Shown piece by piece: positions 25,218 to 34,881 of a stretch of 37,478 bases of DNA. The stretch's first letter is position 1. Each line of letters opens with the position of its first letter. A program made the position numbers and the translations under genes. The notes under the pieces are model-generated. The model made no database searches. It saw only the letters and a program-made list of their open reading frames with translations, and was not told the origin of the DNA. The stretch covers positions 1-37,478 of the forward strand of contig JBOHED010000647.1 in assembly GCA_050700915.1 (NCBI GenBank), in the 5' to 3' direction. This stretch comes from Actinopolymorphaceae bacterium. Lineage in GTDB: Bacteria > Actinomycetota > Actinomycetes > Propionibacteriales > Actinopolymorphaceae.

Positions 25218-26750
25218 ATGGGCTTCGGTCCAAAACACAGAAAGAAAGTCTGGTATACAGCTGCACTCGGCGGTATCGCAGGGATTACCGGCCTGACAAC
25301 GATGGGTGTCATGACCGGGATGACCCCGGTTTCCAGCCATGGTCAAGACAAGGATCGGCAAGCCACGGCAGAGAGAACTCTCGCCCGTCCCGTTATGGAC
25401 GGTGGAGTCAATGACGCCGTAGAAATCGGCTGCGAGCCGGATGAGCTGATCCAGGCGATCCTCGATGTCAATGACGGTGGCGGAACAATCAAACTGGCCG
25501 CAGACTGTACGTACAGTCTCACGGCCTACGAGGCAAGCGACAATGGGTTCGTCGGTCTGCCCGAGATCGAAGATGACGTGAAGATCAAGGGTCAGAATTC
25601 GACGATCGAGCGTGAAGTGTCGGCGGATCCCTTCCGAATCTTCGAGGTCGAGGAAGGCGGTCACCTGACGCTCAAGGGTGTCGCGGTCAAATACGGAGAC
25701 GCCCAAAACGGGATGTCGAGCAAGTCTGGCGATGGTGGTGGCCTCCTCGTTGAGGAGGGTGGCAAGGCGACGCTCGCGCACAGCACGTTCGCCAACAACC
25801 GCGCCGACGACGACGGTGGTGCGATCGCGAACTACGGTCTCACCAAGTTCTTCGGTAGCGATCTGGTCGGCAAGGATGGGGTCACCGAGGATTCGTTGCC
25901 CGGGCCGAGCGACGGCAAGGATGGGGCCACCGAGGATTCGTGGACCGAGCCGAGCGACGGCAAGGATGGGGCCACCGAGGATTCGTGGACCGAACCGAGT
26001 GGCGGTAAGGACGGCGCCAAGAGTTCGAGCGGCGACATCCACGACAACCACGCCGACGACGACGGTGGCGGCATCTACGTCGGAGACGGCGCCCTCATCG
26101 TGGAGAATGCGCGGCTCAGCTACAACACGGCGAATGACCAGGGCGGAGCTGTCTACAACAACTCCTTCGTGAAGCTGACCAAGACGGAAGTCGACCACAA
26201 CTTCGCGCACAACAGCGGTGGTGGACTCGCCAACGACTACATCGCCAAGGTCGAGGACAGCTACCTCCACAACAACACGAGCGGAAACGGCACCGGAGGC
26301 GGCATCTGGAACAACTACCAGCTGTACCTCTGGCACACCAAGGTCAGTCGAAACACTGCATACGGCAGCGGTGGTGGTATCTACAACGCCAACGGACCTA
26401 GCACCTGGCTTACTGCCAAGGACAGCAGGATCGAAGAAAACACCACGACCAGTGGCAATGGTGGCGGGATCTACAACGACCGAGGCGAGGTCGCGCTTGG
26501 CGACAGCCAGGTCAACCTCAACAAAGCCGTCGGCGCGGCTTCGCAGGCGGGCGGAATCTACAACTCCAATGGATTCGTTCGCCTGTCCGACACAGAGGTC
26601 AACGAGAACACGGCGACCAACGCACCTGGTGGTGTCTACACCACCAACATGGTGGAGCGCGTCGAGTTGTTCGGCGATTCCGAGATCATCAAGAACCGTC
26701 CGACCAACTGCGAGGGCAGCCCTGGTGAGATCGAGGGCTGCTTCGGCTGA
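25218..26750 (+). CDS. Secreted right-handed beta-helix (pectin-lyase-like, GGGIYN-repeat) protein
   Basis: Basic then hydrophobic N-terminus, repeated N-x-A...GGGI(Y/W)N units, C-terminal NRPTNC...C. GAGGGGAG RBS. Confidence 0.85.
   Translation: MGFGPKHRKKVWYTAALGGIAGITGLTTMGVMTGMTPVSSHGQDKDRQATAERTLARPVMDGGVNDAVEIGCEPDELIQAILDVNDGGGTIKLAADCTYSLTAYEASDNGFVGLPEIEDDVKIKGQNSTIEREVSADPFRIFEVEEGGHLTLKGVAVKYGDAQNGMSSKSGDGGGLLVEEGGKATLAHSTFANNRADDDGGAIANYGLTKFFGSDLVGKDGVTEDSLPGPSDGKDGATEDSWTEPSDGKDGATEDSWTEPSGGKDGAKSSSGDIHDNHADDDGGGIYVGDGALIVENARLSYNTANDQGGAVYNNSFVKLTKTEVDHNFAHNSGGGLANDYIAKVEDSYLHNNTSGNGTGGGIWNNYQLYLWHTKVSRNTAYGSGGGIYNANGPSTWLTAKDSRIEENTTTSGNGGGIYNDRGEVALGDSQVNLNKAVGAASQAGGIYNSNGFVRLSDTEVNENTATNAPGGVYTTNMVERVELFGDSEIIKNRPTNCEGSPGEIEGCFG
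25869..26018 (+). repeat. 45-bp in-frame tandem repeat (GKDGATEDSWTEPSD, about 3.3 copies)
   Basis: GGCAAGGATGGGG.CACCGAGGATTCGT... at 25869, 25914, 25959, partial at 26004. Confidence 0.9.
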
Positions 26751-27209
26751 CGCCGGGCGTACCAACCGCATACCGACAATTCCATAAGGCGAACGACTCA
26801 CAGAATGAGCCGGGCCGCGCTCGACGTCCAGCAGAGCTGGTACCTGGGGCGCGGCCGGTTCTTGTCGCAGGTAGTTCGTACCTCCAGCTGAGCAGTGTTC
26901 GTCGAGGTACCCCGACAACATGCGTCAGGTCCTGGACAGCGCGGTTCCTCGCCCAAGCACCACCCTCACGGCGCGGCCATGGCCGCCAGCAGCTCGGCGA
27001 GAGCGCGTTGATGCGCGTATCACCTGCCCTGGAAGGGCAAATGGGTGGTGGCCGGTGAGGTGGCGTACTGGTGTCTAGCGGCGGATCGACTTCTGCACTG
27101 AGAAAGCTCGAGCTATTTCCTCGAGTTCTCGTACGAGAGAATAAGGTCGTGATCGTGGCCGGCTCCAGCTACGTTTCACGGCCGGGCTGGTCGCAATGTT
27201 GTTCAGGGC

Positions 27210-28376
27210 TTAAGAAGCGTTGAGGAAATCCAGGAGTTCGCGGTAGAGGATCGAATGGGCGCCGGTCAACATGGCGACGTGCCCACCGGGGCATTCCACC
27301 ACCCGGGGCGGCCGGCGGAGGCGATCGACCAGGGCGAGGCTGGCCGGCGGCGGCACGATGTGGTCGGCCGCGGCGACGGTCAGCATGACGGGCACGGTGA
27401 GGCTTTCGAGGCGAGCCGGTCGGCCGTCCACCATCCAGCCACCGTCGCGCAGGGTATTAGTGCGGGCGAAGTCGACGAGGTCGAACAGCAACGCGCCCGG
27501 GATCGGTGTCTGCTCCCAGACCCAGCGGGACAGCGGCCCGGCCATTGCCCGCCAGGTCACGTCCCGTCGGCGCCGCCAGGTCACGCGGGCAGTGCGCAGT
27601 GCGATGGGGCGGAGCCAGTGGAAGCTCTCCCGGATGAGTGCGGCGGGGAGGAGGCCGTGCCCATCGAGGCCGAGAGCAGGGAACAGCAACGGCGAGCGGA
27701 GGAACCCGCCGAGGCGGCCCGCGACCGCGGTGTCGATGAGCGGGGCAATCAGAGTGAGGGACGCCAACCCGGCGTCGCCGAGAGCCGTGTGCGCGGCCAG
27801 GGACAGGGTGCCGCCGAGACAGTAGCCGACCAGATGCACCTTCGGTTGACCGCTGTGCTCGCGGACTGCCCGCTCCGCGCGCATCAGGGTCGAGATATAG
27901 GTGTCGAACCCGTCGCCTGATTCGGCGGGGCCCGCGACCCCCCAGTCGAGCAGGTACACGTCATGACCCGCGTCGCGCAGCGCGGCGACCAGGCTTCGGC
28001 CCGGAGCCAGGTCGAGCACCCACGAGCGGGTAACCAACGAATGCACCACGAGGACAGGTGGGCCGGGTGCACGGTGTTCGCCCGCGTAGTGCCGGAGCAC
28101 TGCCGGACCAGACCGCCACATCACCGAGGAGGAAGTCGCGGGCACGGTCGCCCGGGAGAGCCCGGCGGCAACCTCGACGACATGAGGCCAGGCGGCCACC
28201 GCAGCGAGCAGGCGCCCGCACATCGCACGAAACCTGCGACCGGCGCTCACCACCCGGTTGGCTCGCAGCAGCCTCCGGTCGGTGGACCTGAGCTGCCGCC
28301 GCTGGCGTCCAACAGGGTCGTCGCCCTTGCCCAGATCACCGGATTCCTCCACCACCAGCACCACCCGTCGCCTCAC
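27210..28376 (-). CDS. Alpha/beta hydrolase resembling class III PHA synthase PhaC
   Basis: PVLVVHSLV...VLDLAPGRSLV, DVYLLDWG, GYCLGG (Cys nucleophile box), DHIVP, GGH. Start uncertain. Confidence 0.8.
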   Translation of the reverse strand: MRRRVVLVVEESGDLGKGDDPVGRQRRQLRSTDRRLLRANRVVSAGRRFRAMCGRLLAAVAAWPHVVEVAAGLSRATVPATSSSVMWRSGPAVLRHYAGEHRAPGPPVLVVHSLVTRSWVLDLAPGRSLVAALRDAGHDVYLLDWGVAGPAESGDGFDTYISTLMRAERAVREHSGQPKVHLVGYCLGGTLSLAAHTALGDAGLASLTLIAPLIDTAVAGRLGGFLRSPLLFPALGLDGHGLLPAALIRESFHWLRPIALRTARVTWRRRRDVTWRAMAGPLSRWVWEQTPIPGALLFDLVDFARTNTLRDGGWMVDGRPARLESLTVPVMLTVAAADHIVPPPASLALVDRLRRPPRVVECPGGHVAMLTGAHSILYRELLDFLNAS

Positions 28377-28452
28377 GTTGTCCGTGATCTAGCTACGTAG
28401 ATCATCAAGCACATCATCGATGTCCCGCGACGCTCGGCACAACGGGTACCCC

Positions 28453-30156
28453 CTACAAGCGGTCGAGGGTGAGCCAGGCCGTGGTTTCCGAGGGGAGCAG
28501 GTCACCCGCGAGAGGACCGCTCGCGAGCAGAATTCTTTCGTACGCCGGAAGTGCGGTGGCCTCCGAGCCGAAATTGACGAGACAGCAGAAGCCACCCGGT
28601 CGCTCGAACGCCAGCACGTCGTCGGCGAGGTCGTCGCGCCACCGCAGGGTGCCATCAGCCAACCCGGGTAGGGATCGGCGGAGCGCCAGCGCGGCGCGGT
28701 ACAGCTCGAGTGCCGACTCGGGATCGCCGGTCTGCGCGTCGGCGCAGAGTGCCTTCCACCCGGTCGGTTGCGGAAGCCATGGCGCGGCGGTACCGAACCC
28801 GAGCGCAGGGGCGTCACCCGTCCACGGCAACGGGACCCTGCAGCCGTCACGGCCGCGTACGGTGCCGCCGCTGCGGGTCCAGATCGGGTCCTGCAGCGCC
28901 TCGACGGGAAGGTCCTCCACCTCGGGCAACCCGAGTTCGTCGCCCTGATAGATGTACGCACTGCCCGGCAGGGCCAGCATCATCATTGCGGCAGAGCGGG
29001 CGCGGGAGGTGCCAATAGCCAGGTCGACCGGACCAGCATCGGGGCCACCCCGCACCAGTGCGCCGCCGGCGCGGCCGTACCTCGTGACGTGCCGAGGAAC
29101 ATCGTGGTTGGACAGCACCCAGGTGGCCGGGGCGTCCACGCCGGCGAGGGTACGCAGGTTGTGGTCGACGGACCGGCGGAGTTCCGCGGCGTTCCACGCG
29201 CATTTGAGGAAGTCGAAGTTGAACGCCGTGTGCAGCTCGTCCGGACGCAGGTACCGCGCCAGGCGGTCGCTCTCGGTGCGTACCCATGCCTCGGCGACGA
29301 AGACCCGTGCACCCTCCGGTGTGTCGGCGTAGGAGTTGGCGATCGTGCGCCACTCCCGGTAGATCTCGTGGACGCCGTCGCGGTCCCAGTGCGGGTGGTC
29401 GGAGACGTCGGGCTCCGCGAGCAGCTCCTCCTCGTCAAGACCGATGTCGGGAAGGCCCGCGTGCTTGTCGAGACCGTGGGCGACATCAATCCGGAAGCCA
29501 TCGACCCCGCGGTCGAACCAGAAGCGCAGGATGTCGGCGAATTCCCTGCGTACCTCAGGATTGGTCCAGTTGAGATCCGGCTGCTCCGGCGCGAACAGGT
29601 GGAGGTACCAGTCGCCGGGCGCTCCGGGACGCCCACCCTCGGGGTAGTCGCCGCCGGGTACGCCCTCGTCGTCGAGAAGTCGCGTCCAGGCGGGTCCACC
29701 GAAGACTGAACGCCAGTCGTTCGGCGGGCGGGAGCCGTCGGGGCCGTGCCCGGGGCGGAACCAGTACTTCGCGCGAGCGGGCGAGTCAGGGTCGGCCGCA
29801 AGTGCCTCGACGAACCACGGGTGCTGGTCCGAGGTGTGGTTCGGCACGATGTCGAGGATCACCCGCAGGCCATGGGCGTGCGCTTCGGAGATCATCGCCT
29901 CGGCCTCGGCGAGGGTGCCGAACTCCGGTGCGATGTCCCGGAAGTCGGCCACGTCGTAGCCACCGTCAGCCATCGGCGAGGCATACCACGGGGTGATCCA
30001 GATCGCGTCGACGCCGAGGTCTTGGAGGTAGGGGAGGCGGGACCGGATGCCGGCGATGTCGCCGATGCCGTCGCCGTTTCCGTCGGCGAAGCTGCGGATG
30101 TAGATCTGGTAGATCACGGCGGTTCGCCACCATGCGGCGGGCGGAGTCGTGGTCAT
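28453..30156 (-). CDS. Glycoside hydrolase family 13 alpha-glucosidase
   Basis: WWRTAVIYQIYIRSFADGNGDGIGD, DGGYDVAD, DIVPNHTS, GFRIDVAHG, VAEAW, SNHD, YQGDELGL, GRDGCRVP. Confidence 0.95.
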   Translation of the reverse strand: MTTTPPAAWWRTAVIYQIYIRSFADGNGDGIGDIAGIRSRLPYLQDLGVDAIWITPWYASPMADGGYDVADFRDIAPEFGTLAEAEAMISEAHAHGLRVILDIVPNHTSDQHPWFVEALAADPDSPARAKYWFRPGHGPDGSRPPNDWRSVFGGPAWTRLLDDEGVPGGDYPEGGRPGAPGDWYLHLFAPEQPDLNWTNPEVRREFADILRFWFDRGVDGFRIDVAHGLDKHAGLPDIGLDEEELLAEPDVSDHPHWDRDGVHEIYREWRTIANSYADTPEGARVFVAEAWVRTESDRLARYLRPDELHTAFNFDFLKCAWNAAELRRSVDHNLRTLAGVDAPATWVLSNHDVPRHVTRYGRAGGALVRGGPDAGPVDLAIGTSRARSAAMMMLALPGSAYIYQGDELGLPEVEDLPVEALQDPIWTRSGGTVRGRDGCRVPLPWTGDAPALGFGTAAPWLPQPTGWKALCADAQTGDPESALELYRAALALRRSLPGLADGTLRWRDDLADDVLAFERPGGFCCLVNFGSEATALPAYERILLASGPLAGDLLPSETTAWLTLDRL

Positions 30157-30214
30157 GGCGGCCTCTCGGAGCGGTCCGGCGCTGTGGGGGTCCGGGTGCG
30201 GGTGCGGGTGCGGG

Positions 30215-30724
30215 TCAGCGCAGCAGGTTGGGGCGCTGTTGTGCGCCCGGGTTGACCGGCGGGGTGTTGACCAGGGAGTTGGCCGCCATGACGAGATAGG
30301 CCCAGAGCTCTTGTTCGTACGCCGGATCGAGCGCCAGCTCGTCGACCGCCGCCCGCATGTGTGCCAGCCACCGGTCACGGGCGTCCTCGGTCACCGCGAA
30401 GGGAACGTGCCGCATGCGCAGCCGCGGATGCCCACGCTCTTCGGAGTAGGTGCGCGGACCGCCCCAGTACTGCTCGAGGAACATCCGCAGTCGCTGCTCC
30501 GCCCCGGCGAGGTCGGGCTCCGGGTAGAGCGGACGGAGGACCGGATCGTCGGCGACGCCTTCGTAGAAGCGCCGGACCAGGCGGACGAAGGTCTCGCGGC
30601 CCCCGACTGCTGCGTAGAAGGAGCCGGCGTACGCCCCGTCGTCGGTCTGGCCGTCGTCGGTCTGGCCGTCGTCGGTCTGGGCGGCGTCGCCAGGCTGGGC
30701 GTCGGCAGGTGGTTGCTCGCTCAT
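30215..30724 (-). CDS. glbO: Group II truncated haemoglobin
   Basis: [40 protein letters not shown]. Confidence 0.93.
   Translation of the reverse strand: MSEQPPADAQPGDAAQTDDGQTDDGQTDDGAYAGSFYAAVGGRETFVRLVRRFYEGVADDPVLRPLYPEPDLAGAEQRLRMFLEQYWGGPRTYSEERGHPRLRMRHVPFAVTEDARDRWLAHMRAAVDELALDPAYEQELWAYLVMAANSLVNTPPVNPGAQQRPNLLR
30636..30680. repeat. 15-bp perfect tandem repeat x3 (QTDDG) in the globin N-terminus
   Basis: CCGTCGTCGGTCTGG at 30636, 30651, 30666. Confidence 0.9.
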
Positions 30725-30856
30725 CGCCGTCCATTGTGACAACCGGGTCCAAGCGAGCGTTCACCGCTCCTCAGCCGGGCACGATGCACGCCAACAACCC
30801 CACGAACGCACGCCGGTTTTGTCGCGCATCGCAGGTAATGGTCGACCTGCGGGTGA

Positions 30857-31864
30857 TCACTTTCGCCCCGCCAGACGGGCGGCGTGGAGATGGCAGGCGA
30901 CGTCGCTACCGGGAGTCCCAGCGGTGCCGGTGTCGGCGTCGAGGATCGCCAGGGGAGTACGCCGGCAGGCGTCGGCAACTCTCGCGGCCTCGGCCGCCCC
31001 GGAGGCGAGCTCCTGACACCGCGGATGAAAACGACATCCTGGCGGGATCTGCGTCGCGTCGGGTGGTTCGCCGCCGAGGACGATGGGTGAGCCCACCGGC
31101 GAGTCAGGGAGGACCGAGACCAGTGCCCGGGTGTACGGATGTCGCGGCTCGGTGAGGATCCGCTCGACCGGTCCGGTCTCGACGATCCGCCCGAGGTACA
31201 TCACGGCCAGCCGGTCGGCGATGCTCCACGCGAGGCCGAGGTCGTGGGTCACGACAAGTGCCGCCAGCCCGAGCTCCTCCCGCAACCGCAGCAGCAGCGC
31301 CAGGATCTCCCCTCGGACCGACGAGTCGAGCGACGCGACCGGCTCGTCGGCGATGATCACCTTCGGCTCGAGCACCAGTGCACCCGCGATCACCACCCGC
31401 TGGCGCTGGCCACCGGACAGCTCATGGGGGTAGGTGAGGAAGAACCGCTCCGGCGGGCGCAGGCCGCAGACCGCCAACGCCTCGGCTACCCGGTCGCGTT
31501 CGTTGTCGGTGATCCCGTGGATGCGCAGGCCTTCGGCGACCGCCTCGTAGACGGTGTGCCGCGGGTTGAGCGCGCCGGTCGGGTCCTGCAGGACGAGTTG
31601 GACCGAACGCCGGTACGCCTTGAGAGCACCGGTGCCGTAGGTCAGCGGCTGGCCGGCGTACGCCACCGTGCCGGCGGTCGGCCGGTCCAGCCCGAGCAGT
31701 GCCCGCGCCAGGGTCGTCTTGCCGCAGCCCGACTCCCCGGCCAGAGCCAGCACCTCGCCGGGTGCGAGGTCGAGGTGGACGCCGTCGACTGCCCGGGCGG
31801 TCCGACCGCCGCGGACCCGGAAGTCGACGCGCAGGTCCCGTACCGACAGGATCGGCTCGCTCAC
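30857..31864 (-). CDS. Oligopeptide/dipeptide ABC transporter ATP-binding protein (OppF-like)
   Basis: GESGCGKTT, LSGGQRQR, ADEP, HPYT, GCRFHPRC. Confidence 0.95.
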   Translation of the reverse strand: MSEPILSVRDLRVDFRVRGGRTARAVDGVHLDLAPGEVLALAGESGCGKTTLARALLGLDRPTAGTVAYAGQPLTYGTGALKAYRRSVQLVLQDPTGALNPRHTVYEAVAEGLRIHGITDNERDRVAEALAVCGLRPPERFFLTYPHELSGGQRQRVVIAGALVLEPKVIIADEPVASLDSSVRGEILALLLRLREELGLAALVVTHDLGLAWSIADRLAVMYLGRIVETGPVERILTEPRHPYTRALVSVLPDSPVGSPIVLGGEPPDATQIPPGCRFHPRCQELASGAAEAARVADACRRTPLAILDADTGTAGTPGSDVACHLHAARLAGRK

Positions 31865-32838
31865 GTGACCTCCGCCCCGTCGACGCGTACGCAGGCGGCA
31901 CGACGGTCACCACCGTCAACCGGCCACAGGCGTACGTCGGCCGTCGCACACTCCGGCAGCACCACCGGGCAGCGTGGATGGAACGGACACCCCGACGGGA
32001 TCGCGGCTGGGTCGGGAGGATCGCCACCCAGCCCGCGGGGGCGCCCGCGCGAGCCCGGGTCACCGATCGTCGGAAACGCCGCCGCCAGCGCACTCGCCTA
32101 GGGGTGGGCCGGCGAACCGAAGACCGACCTCGCCGGACCGACCTCGACGACCCGGCCGGCGTACATCACCGCGAGCCGCGCACACGTGGACGACAGCACC
32201 GACAGGTCGTGGCTGATCATCAGCAGGCCGATCCCGCGCTCGGCGACCAGACCGGAGATGAGGTCGAGCACCTGCGCCTGGATCATCACGTCCAGCGCCG
32301 TCGTCGCCTCGTCGGCGATGATCAGGCGCGGCGAGCAGGCGAGGGCCATCGCGATCATGACTCGCTGTCGCTGGCCGCCGGACAGCTCGTGCGGATAGCT
32401 GGCCGCCCGCCAGGTGGGCAGGCCGACCTGGGTGAGCAGGTCCGCGGCCCGCTGCTGGGCGTGTGCCTCGGTGACCTCCTCGTGCAGCAGGATGGGCTCG
32501 GCGATCTGCCGACCGATCCGGTGGACGGGGTTGAGCGCATGCATCGCGCCCTGGAACACGATCGAGGTCCCGGCCCACCGGACGGCTCGCAGACGTCCCC
32601 AGGACATGGTGAGTACGTCGTCGTCGTCGAGCAGGACCTGTCCGGTCACCGTCGTACCGGCGGGCAGGAGCCGGAGCAGCGCCAACGCGAGCGTCGTCTT
32701 GCCGCAGCCGGACTCGCCGGCGATGCCGAGGGTCTCGCCCGTGTCGAGAGCGAGGTCGACCCCGCGGACGGCAGGGATGTCGCCACGGGTGCCGTGGTAG
32801 GTCACCGACAGGTCGCGGACGTCGAGGAGAGCCGTCAT
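31861..32838 (-). pseudogene. Oligopeptide/dipeptide ABC ATP-binding protein (OppD-like) with an in-frame TAG at 32098-32100
   Basis: GESGCGKTT, LSGGQRQR. HP-TAG replaces the conserved HPY, and the same frame continues ASALAAAFPTIGDP...GCPFHPRCP...AAC to TGA 31861-31863, overlapping the next GTG. Confidence 0.88.
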
Positions 32839-32845
32839 CGTCAGC

Positions 32846-33769
32846 TCACCGTCCCCGGAGCCGCGGGTTGAAGACCGCTTCCAGCGCGCGCCCACACAGC
32901 GTGAAGCACAGGACCACCACGAGGATCGCGAGGCCGGGCGTGAGGAGGTACCACCAGGCGCCGTACGTGATCGCCCCCGAGGAGTTGGCCCGGCTGAGCA
33001 TGCCGCCCCACGAGATCCGCGACGGATCACCCAGACCGAGGAACGCCAGCGTCGCCTCGGCCAGCACCGCACTCGCCACCTCGAGGGTGGTGCTCGCGAG
33101 AACAAGCGGCAGCACATTGGGCAGGACGTGCCGGGTCATCTGGTGCCAGTGGCCGGCGCCGAGTGCCTTCGCGCGTTCGAGGTACGGACGGGCCTCGACG
33201 GCGAGGGTCTGCGCCCGGATCAGGCGGGCCGTTCCGGACCACGACGTGACCCCGACAGCGACGATGATCGTGGTGAGGCTCGGTCCCAGGACAGCGGCGA
33301 GGGCGATCGCGAGCACAAGGCGGGGGAGTACGAGGAACCAGTCGTTCACCCGCATCAGCAGGCCGCCGAACCACCCGCCGAAGTGCCCGGCCGCGATGCC
33401 GACGAGGGTGCCGATGCCCATCGCCAGTAGCGTCGCTGTGACACCGACCAGCAGCGAGATCCGGGCACCCCACAGGGTGAGCAGCAGGACCGAGCGACCG
33501 GACTCGTCCGTACCGAGGAAGAACTGTGCGCTCGGTGCGTCCAGTCGCTCGCCCGGTGCTTGGGTGACGTCGAGGCCGCTCTCGTCGGTGAGCAGGGGCG
33601 CGGTGAGTGCGAGGGCGATGATGACGACCATGCCGACGAGCCCGACGACTCCCACCCGCTGCCGCCGGTAGTCCCGCCAGAACCGGGCCAAGGCCGCCTT
33701 GCGGCGCTGCCAGGCGAGGGCTCGGACAGACAGAGGCCCGGTCACCTCGGGTGCATCGGCGGTGTTCAT
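32846..33769 (-). CDS. Peptide ABC transporter permease (OppC-like)
   Basis: LGTDESGRS, GARISL, ERAKALGA....MTRHVLPN, LGLGD..SWG. Confidence 0.95.
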   Translation of the reverse strand: MNTADAPEVTGPLSVRALAWQRRKAALARFWRDYRRQRVGVVGLVGMVVIIALALTAPLLTDESGLDVTQAPGERLDAPSAQFFLGTDESGRSVLLLTLWGARISLLVGVTATLLAMGIGTLVGIAAGHFGGWFGGLLMRVNDWFLVLPRLVLAIALAAVLGPSLTTIIVAVGVTSWSGTARLIRAQTLAVEARPYLERAKALGAGHWHQMTRHVLPNVLPLVLASTTLEVASAVLAEATLAFLGLGDPSRISWGGMLSRANSSGAITYGAWWYLLTPGLAILVVVLCFTLCGRALEAVFNPRLRGR

Positions 33770-33860
33770 GCTGTTTCCCTTTCGCATGAACGCTGCGGTG
33801 CCTCACTCCGGCACACCTCGTTCCTCGGTGTACCTCCGTGGGGGCTCCTCGCGCTCATGC
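33766..33860 (-). repeat. MIRU-like intergenic hairpin element carrying a 30-aa coupled mini-ORF
   Basis: GCATGA direct repeats 89 bp apart. ORF 33858-33766 (MSARSPHGGTPRNEVCRSEAPQRSCERETA) overlaps the upstream stop and downstream start by ATGA. Long bulged hairpin. Confidence 0.7.
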
Positions 33861-34871
33861 GTGCCGCACTCTCGGATCGAGGAAGCGGTAGACGATGTCG
33901 GCGGCGGTGTTGGCGAGGATCACCGCGGCCGAGAAGAACAGGAAGGTCCCTTGCAACAAAGGAAGATCTGGGATCTTCAGTGCTTGGTACGCCAGCAGCC
34001 CGAGACCCGGCCAGCTGAACACTGTCTCGGTGAGGATCGCGCCCCCGACGACACTGCCGAGTTGGAGGAAGACCAGGGTCACCGTCGGCAGCAGGGCGTT
34101 CGGTACCGCGTGCCGGCTGCGTACGTGGTCGTCACGCAGGCCCTTCGCCCGGGCCGTCGTGAGGTAGTCGTTGCCCATCTCGTCGAGGATCGACGAACGC
34201 ATGACGAGGACGTACTGCGCATAGATCACGGCGGTCATCGTGACGACCGGGAGGACGAGATGGTGCAGGATGTCCAGTGCCTGCGGCCAGAACTCGTCGG
34301 GCGTCCGCGGCGCGACCATGCCGTTGATCGGGAAGAGCCCGAGGTAGCGCGCGAACACCATGATGACGAGCATCCCGAACCAGAACGTCGGTGCCGACCA
34401 GAGCGTGAGCGAGATTCCGACCTGCGCCTTGTCGAACCGACTCCCTTGCCGCCAGCCCGCCCTCGTCCCGATCCACAGGCCGAGAGTCGCGGCCAGCACG
34501 AGAGCGCTGCCGGTGAGCAGGACCGTGGCGCCGAGCCGTTCGACGATGAGGGACGTGACCGGCTGCTGGTACTGGTAGGACTCGCCGAGGTCGCCCGTCA
34601 CCACCCCACGCAGGTAGTCGACGAACTGCAGCCCCAGTGGTTGGTCCAGGCCGAGCCGTTCCCGCAACGCTGCCCGCTCCGCCGGTGTGGTCGGCACGTC
34701 ACGGGTGAGGGCGTCGACCGGATCGCCGCCGAGGATCCGGAACAGGAAGAACGCCGAGAAGACCACCATGACCAAGGAGAGCGCCGCACCACTGAGCTTG
34801 CTGAGGAGATAACGGGCGAAGCCACCGGCACGGGCGGCGGACCCGGCCACCAGCGAGGGATCCGTTGCCAT
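33855..34871 (-). CDS. Peptide ABC transporter permease (OppB-like)
   Basis: GDPV, GLDQPL..QF, GDLGES, HLVLP, ARAKGL, HAVPNA, ETVFSWPGLG, LDPRVR. Confidence 0.95.
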   Translation of the reverse strand: MATDPSLVAGSAARAGGFARYLLSKLSGAALSLVMVVFSAFFLFRILGGDPVDALTRDVPTTPAERAALRERLGLDQPLGLQFVDYLRGVVTGDLGESYQYQQPVTSLIVERLGATVLLTGSALVLAATLGLWIGTRAGWRQGSRFDKAQVGISLTLWSAPTFWFGMLVIMVFARYLGLFPINGMVAPRTPDEFWPQALDILHHLVLPVVTMTAVIYAQYVLVMRSSILDEMGNDYLTTARAKGLRDDHVRSRHAVPNALLPTVTLVFLQLGSVVGGAILTETVFSWPGLGLLAYQALKIPDLPLLQGTFLFFSAAVILANTAADIVYRFLDPRVRHA

Positions 34872-34881
34872 GAGTGGCCGG

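Noticed and set aside
25869..26018. Possible CRISPR array (also 19580-19662, 30636-30680)
   Set aside because: Head-to-tail in-frame coding repeats with no unique spacers and no cas genes.
24948..26921. 657-aa minus-strand ORF and other long antisense ORFs (1703-3031, 34870-36882, 20315-21526)
   Set aside because: Shadow frames of well-supported genes on the opposite strand, expected in high-GC DNA.
26760..27200. Intergenic stretch checked for a gene remnant or RNA
   Set aside because: No convincing ORF, repeat or structure found by eye.
32098..32100. Pyrrolysine or stop-codon reassignment
   Set aside because: TAG is used as a normal stop elsewhere in the window (yceI, marR, GH13, oppA-like) and no pyl genes are seen.
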